Assembly: GCF_963921235.1 (NCBI RefSeq) | Contig: NC_086109.1 | Location: forward strand, 31,188,001-31,252,000 | From: Mobula hypostoma | Taxonomy: Eukaryota | Length of the DNA: 64,000 nt | Reading direction: 5' to 3' | Part shown: positions 61,125 to 64,000 of the stretch, piece after piece | How positions within the stretch are numbered: the first letter of the stretch is position 1 | Layout of the letters: each line of letters begins with the position of its first letter | Notes under the pieces: generated by a model | Seen by the model: only the letters and a program-made list of their open reading frames with translations | What the model was told of the DNA's origin: nothing | Database searches by the model: none | Made by a program: the position numbers and the translations under genes

Positions 61125-63785
61125 TGTTATGTATTTCATACTTAAATAATATTGGACTAATCTTGTAAATAAGTTCTAGATTAAGCATTCACGTTTGTTT
61201 AAATAACTAATTATGGGTCATATGCAAAAATATGTTAATTGCCAACCTACCCCCTGATATGCGTACGTCTTGCTTAAAGTAAACTCAAAGTTAAACCTGT
61301 TTATCGGACTCTTTACATCTTCACTTGAATTAGTTTAACATTTTGAAGTTACAAAACATAATATTGGCAATAAGGTCTTTTTAAAGCGAACCCAAGATAG
61401 CTGCCACCTGTTAGAGCCGAATAAGACAATCAAATTAAAAATAGTGCTGTGAGGAAGGTCAAATTTAAAAGAACTAGCCCACCACGTGTGGAGTTACAGA
61501 GTTAAAAAAAAAAGGCCATAAACAGAAGAACTCAGGGTTCATAAAGAGTGAGTACAGGGAGATAACAATCATTTTAAAAAAGCAGTAATGGTTGCCTACT
61601 TTGGAAAGATTGACAAGTTTGATTACACAACCAATAACTGTCTCTTGTATACTGAGCTATTAGAGCAGTATTTTGAAGCAAATGAAATAGCAATACGAAG
61701 CAAGTACCAATTTTGCTAAGTGCATTAAATTTAAAGGCATGTAGTTTGCTTCAAAGTTTGACTGCTCCAACCAGACCATCAGAAATGAACTTTTCTTCAA
61801 TTGTCAAAGGTATGCAGGAGCATCTAGAACCAAATCCATTGTTGATATCGGGGAGATTTAGGTTTCATAATGGGGGATAAAAGGGGGAGTCCACTTCAGC
61901 ATATGTGGCTGAATTGAAGAATTTGTCTGAGCTTTGTTAGTTTGATAAGGTGTTAAAGATACACTAAGAGATCAATTATTATGAGGAATCTTAAAACATA
62001 AATTCAAAAATGGCTCTTAACTAAAGAACAGCTTGCATTCAAACTAGCTGTGGAAATTATTGTTTCAATGGAAACTGCAGACTGAAACACAATTGAGTTG
62101 CAGTCAGGAATGAAAGTGAGCATGAACAAAACTGCATTGTCTAAACAGAAACTAGCTAGGCCGAACAAATGTGCTACCATTGTGGCAAATGCGAATTTAA
62201 AGGCAAACCTTGCAGAAAATGCAACAAAGTAGGACACGTACAAAGAACATGTCGGGCAGACAAAAAATAATGGACCGCACAGAGAAGAGAAAAAGATAAA
62301 ATGACATATTGCCATTTCAAAAAGAGCGGTAATCTGCATGCTGCTAATGAAATGCCTGATAATGATGAGAGTGACACAGGATTGTGTAGACTTGAGATTT
62401 ACAGTGTGAATAGACAATAAACAAGAACAATAGCAATATGACTTATGCCAAAAGTGAGCAGCAAATTAATTAAAATGCATTTGGACACTGATTCAGCTCT
62501 TTCAGTCATTCCACAAAATGAGTCTGAATGGCATTTCAAAGGTACCAAACTGAGACCTGCAGATATCCAACTAAGAACTTGTACCAGAGAAAAGATAACT
62601 CTTGTGGGAATGACATCGGTAATAGTGAAATACAATAACCAACAAGCCACATTGAGCTTGTACGTGGTAGAAACAGAAGGACCAGCATTTTGGGAATGCA
62701 ATTGCCTGAGACAAATGCAACTTGATCGGAGCTACATCCACCATTTGCAGGTCATAACCGTTGCAATGAAGCCAATTGAACGTGAATTAAGAAAGATACT
62801 GGATGATGCCACAATTGGTTCCATGCTGAACACTATGAGGACAAACAGGTGTTGGTATCTACCTCTGTGCCTCTGGAGGTTGGAAAGCATACTGGACCAA
62901 GGAAGGACCATGCTGCACGGAGGAAGCATGCAGGTGATGAAAGCAATGGTCCAAATACAAAAGGTTTTGGAGGCAACATATCTGAGAAAGCTTCTGATAT
63001 GTTGATCAGACAGTTACTTGCAAAATGTGGCTTTGTTTAAGCTGGAAGAGAGGTCAAGGAGCTTCAATAAACTTGCTAGCATTTGGCTTTTGTGAGGATA
63101 AATAACTAGAATCTACTCTGCGTGCATTAAGATAATTACATGAACTTCAAGTGGGAGACAAAAAGCTGCTTGTAAAAGTACATGCAAAGACCAAAGCTCA
63201 GTTGAATGTGTGGAAGACCGAAAAAAAAGAATCAATGGAGATACAAAAACAGAGGATTCGTCAAAAGGTGTTGTTGATGTGGAAACCAAGAGAAGCAATT
63301 ACAAACGTTTGTAGTTCGTAAAGGGAGCAATAGAAGGATTAATAAGAGAATATTTCAGTAAATTAAATGCCCTTCTCCAAAATCAAGATGCACAAGTTAA
63401 AGAAGAAAAATGAAGGCGATGAAAGGTGCCCCGACCTGTCAGAGCCACTTCCTGCAGTCTCAGTTTCATCTCCTACAAGAATCATGGAGGAGGCCCCAGA
63501 AGCTGAGAATGTTTTACAGCCATAATTCTTCACCTACCAAGCAGAATGATCCCTCTTCTCAGGAAAGATGTTATCCCACAAGAGTAAGAAAGCCTCCAAA
63601 GCAATTAAACCTTTAAGCCTAAGTGGGACAATTTAAAATTTACTATGCTGTGGATGTCTGTATTTAGTAGTTGTATTATATAGTATACTGTGTATATAGT
63701 TGAGATGCATTTTATATTGAGTTGGAATTTATAGTTAAGTAGGGAGGAGTGTTGTGCATTTAATATTTCAATAATATTGGAGTAA
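61125..63785 (+). mobile_element. Ty3/Gypsy element of the same family as 53972-59145, with pol replaced by captured host sequence
   Basis: 5' LTR 61125-61363 homologous to 58898-59145; PBS-like ttggcaataagg; gag MVAYFGKIDKFD..LLEQYFEANEI at 61588; protease MHLDTDSALSVIP; pol C-terminal tail from 63421; PPT aagtagggaggag; 3' LTR start 63750. Confidence 0.9.
62849..63420 (+). pseudogene. RBM25: Processed RBM25 fragment (N-terminal RRM region) with stops and frameshifts
   Basis: VLV..VGKH.G.RKDH...GNISEKASDMLIRQLLAKCGFV / SWKRGQGAS..L.AFGFCE.K..ESTLRALR.LHELQVGDKKLLVKVHAKTKAQL..WK / ETKR...KGAIEGLIREY.S.LNA is colinear with vertebrate RBM25 as I recall it; no introns. Confidence 0.92.
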
Positions 63786-64000
63786 TGTCAGTACCTCTAG
63801 TTGAACTCTGTCTTTTTGTGTGTTTTCCCCTAGCTGTCAGTCTGTGGTTTTGTATTACCATGTGCTTCTGTCCCTGCTCCTGTACTCCGTCTCTCATCTG
63901 TTCCTCATTATTACCTGTGTTGCTGCCCCCTGTGTCTCACTGTGCTCCACCTATCAGCTGCCTCTCTGTTTATTGCTCAGTGTATTTCAGTCCTGTGTTT
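63786..64000. mobile_element. Probable LTR of an unrelated LTR element inserted in the 3' LTR; runs off the window
   Basis: Abrupt TGTCA start where LTR homology stops; CT-rich with cacct/cagctg and tgtatttcag motifs typical of fish Gypsy LTRs. Confidence 0.55.

Noticed and set aside
1..64000. CRISPR array, operon or prokaryotic defence system
   Set aside because: No repeat-spacer periodicity or prokaryotic gene structure; all RTs are eukaryotic retroelement types.

Overview
Eukaryotic, AT-rich, repeat-saturated vertebrate DNA. The repeat landscape (CR1/HER1-type LINEs with an SGNH-esterase ORF1, HE1-like V-SINEs, Penelope-type terminal repeats, Rex1/Babar tails) points to a cartilaginous fish, probably a ray; this is inference. 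No intact host protein-coding gene, rRNA, tRNA gene or CRISPR array is supportable. Nearly all track ORFs are transposon fragments or their antisense shadows. Elements present: many CR1 copies (one nearly intact ORF2 at 9752-12750), Rex1/Babar and L1 fragments, a HERO-like 3' end, two tandem Dong/R4-like fragments at (TAA)n, a Tc1 IR/DR transposon, Tigger-, hAT- and Tc1-type MITEs, several tRNA-SINE families and two Gypsy elements of one family. The most notable observation is the Gypsy element at 61125-63785. Its RT/RNaseH/integrase region is replaced by about 600 bp of intronless, decayed RBM25 coding sequence (N-terminal RRM), i.e. a host mRNA captured between LTRs. Other highlights are minimal hammerhead-ribozyme motifs in Penelope-type repeats (7532-7567; 24790-24925) and a frameshift shared by two young CR1 copies. 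Family names come from motif recognition, not database searches.
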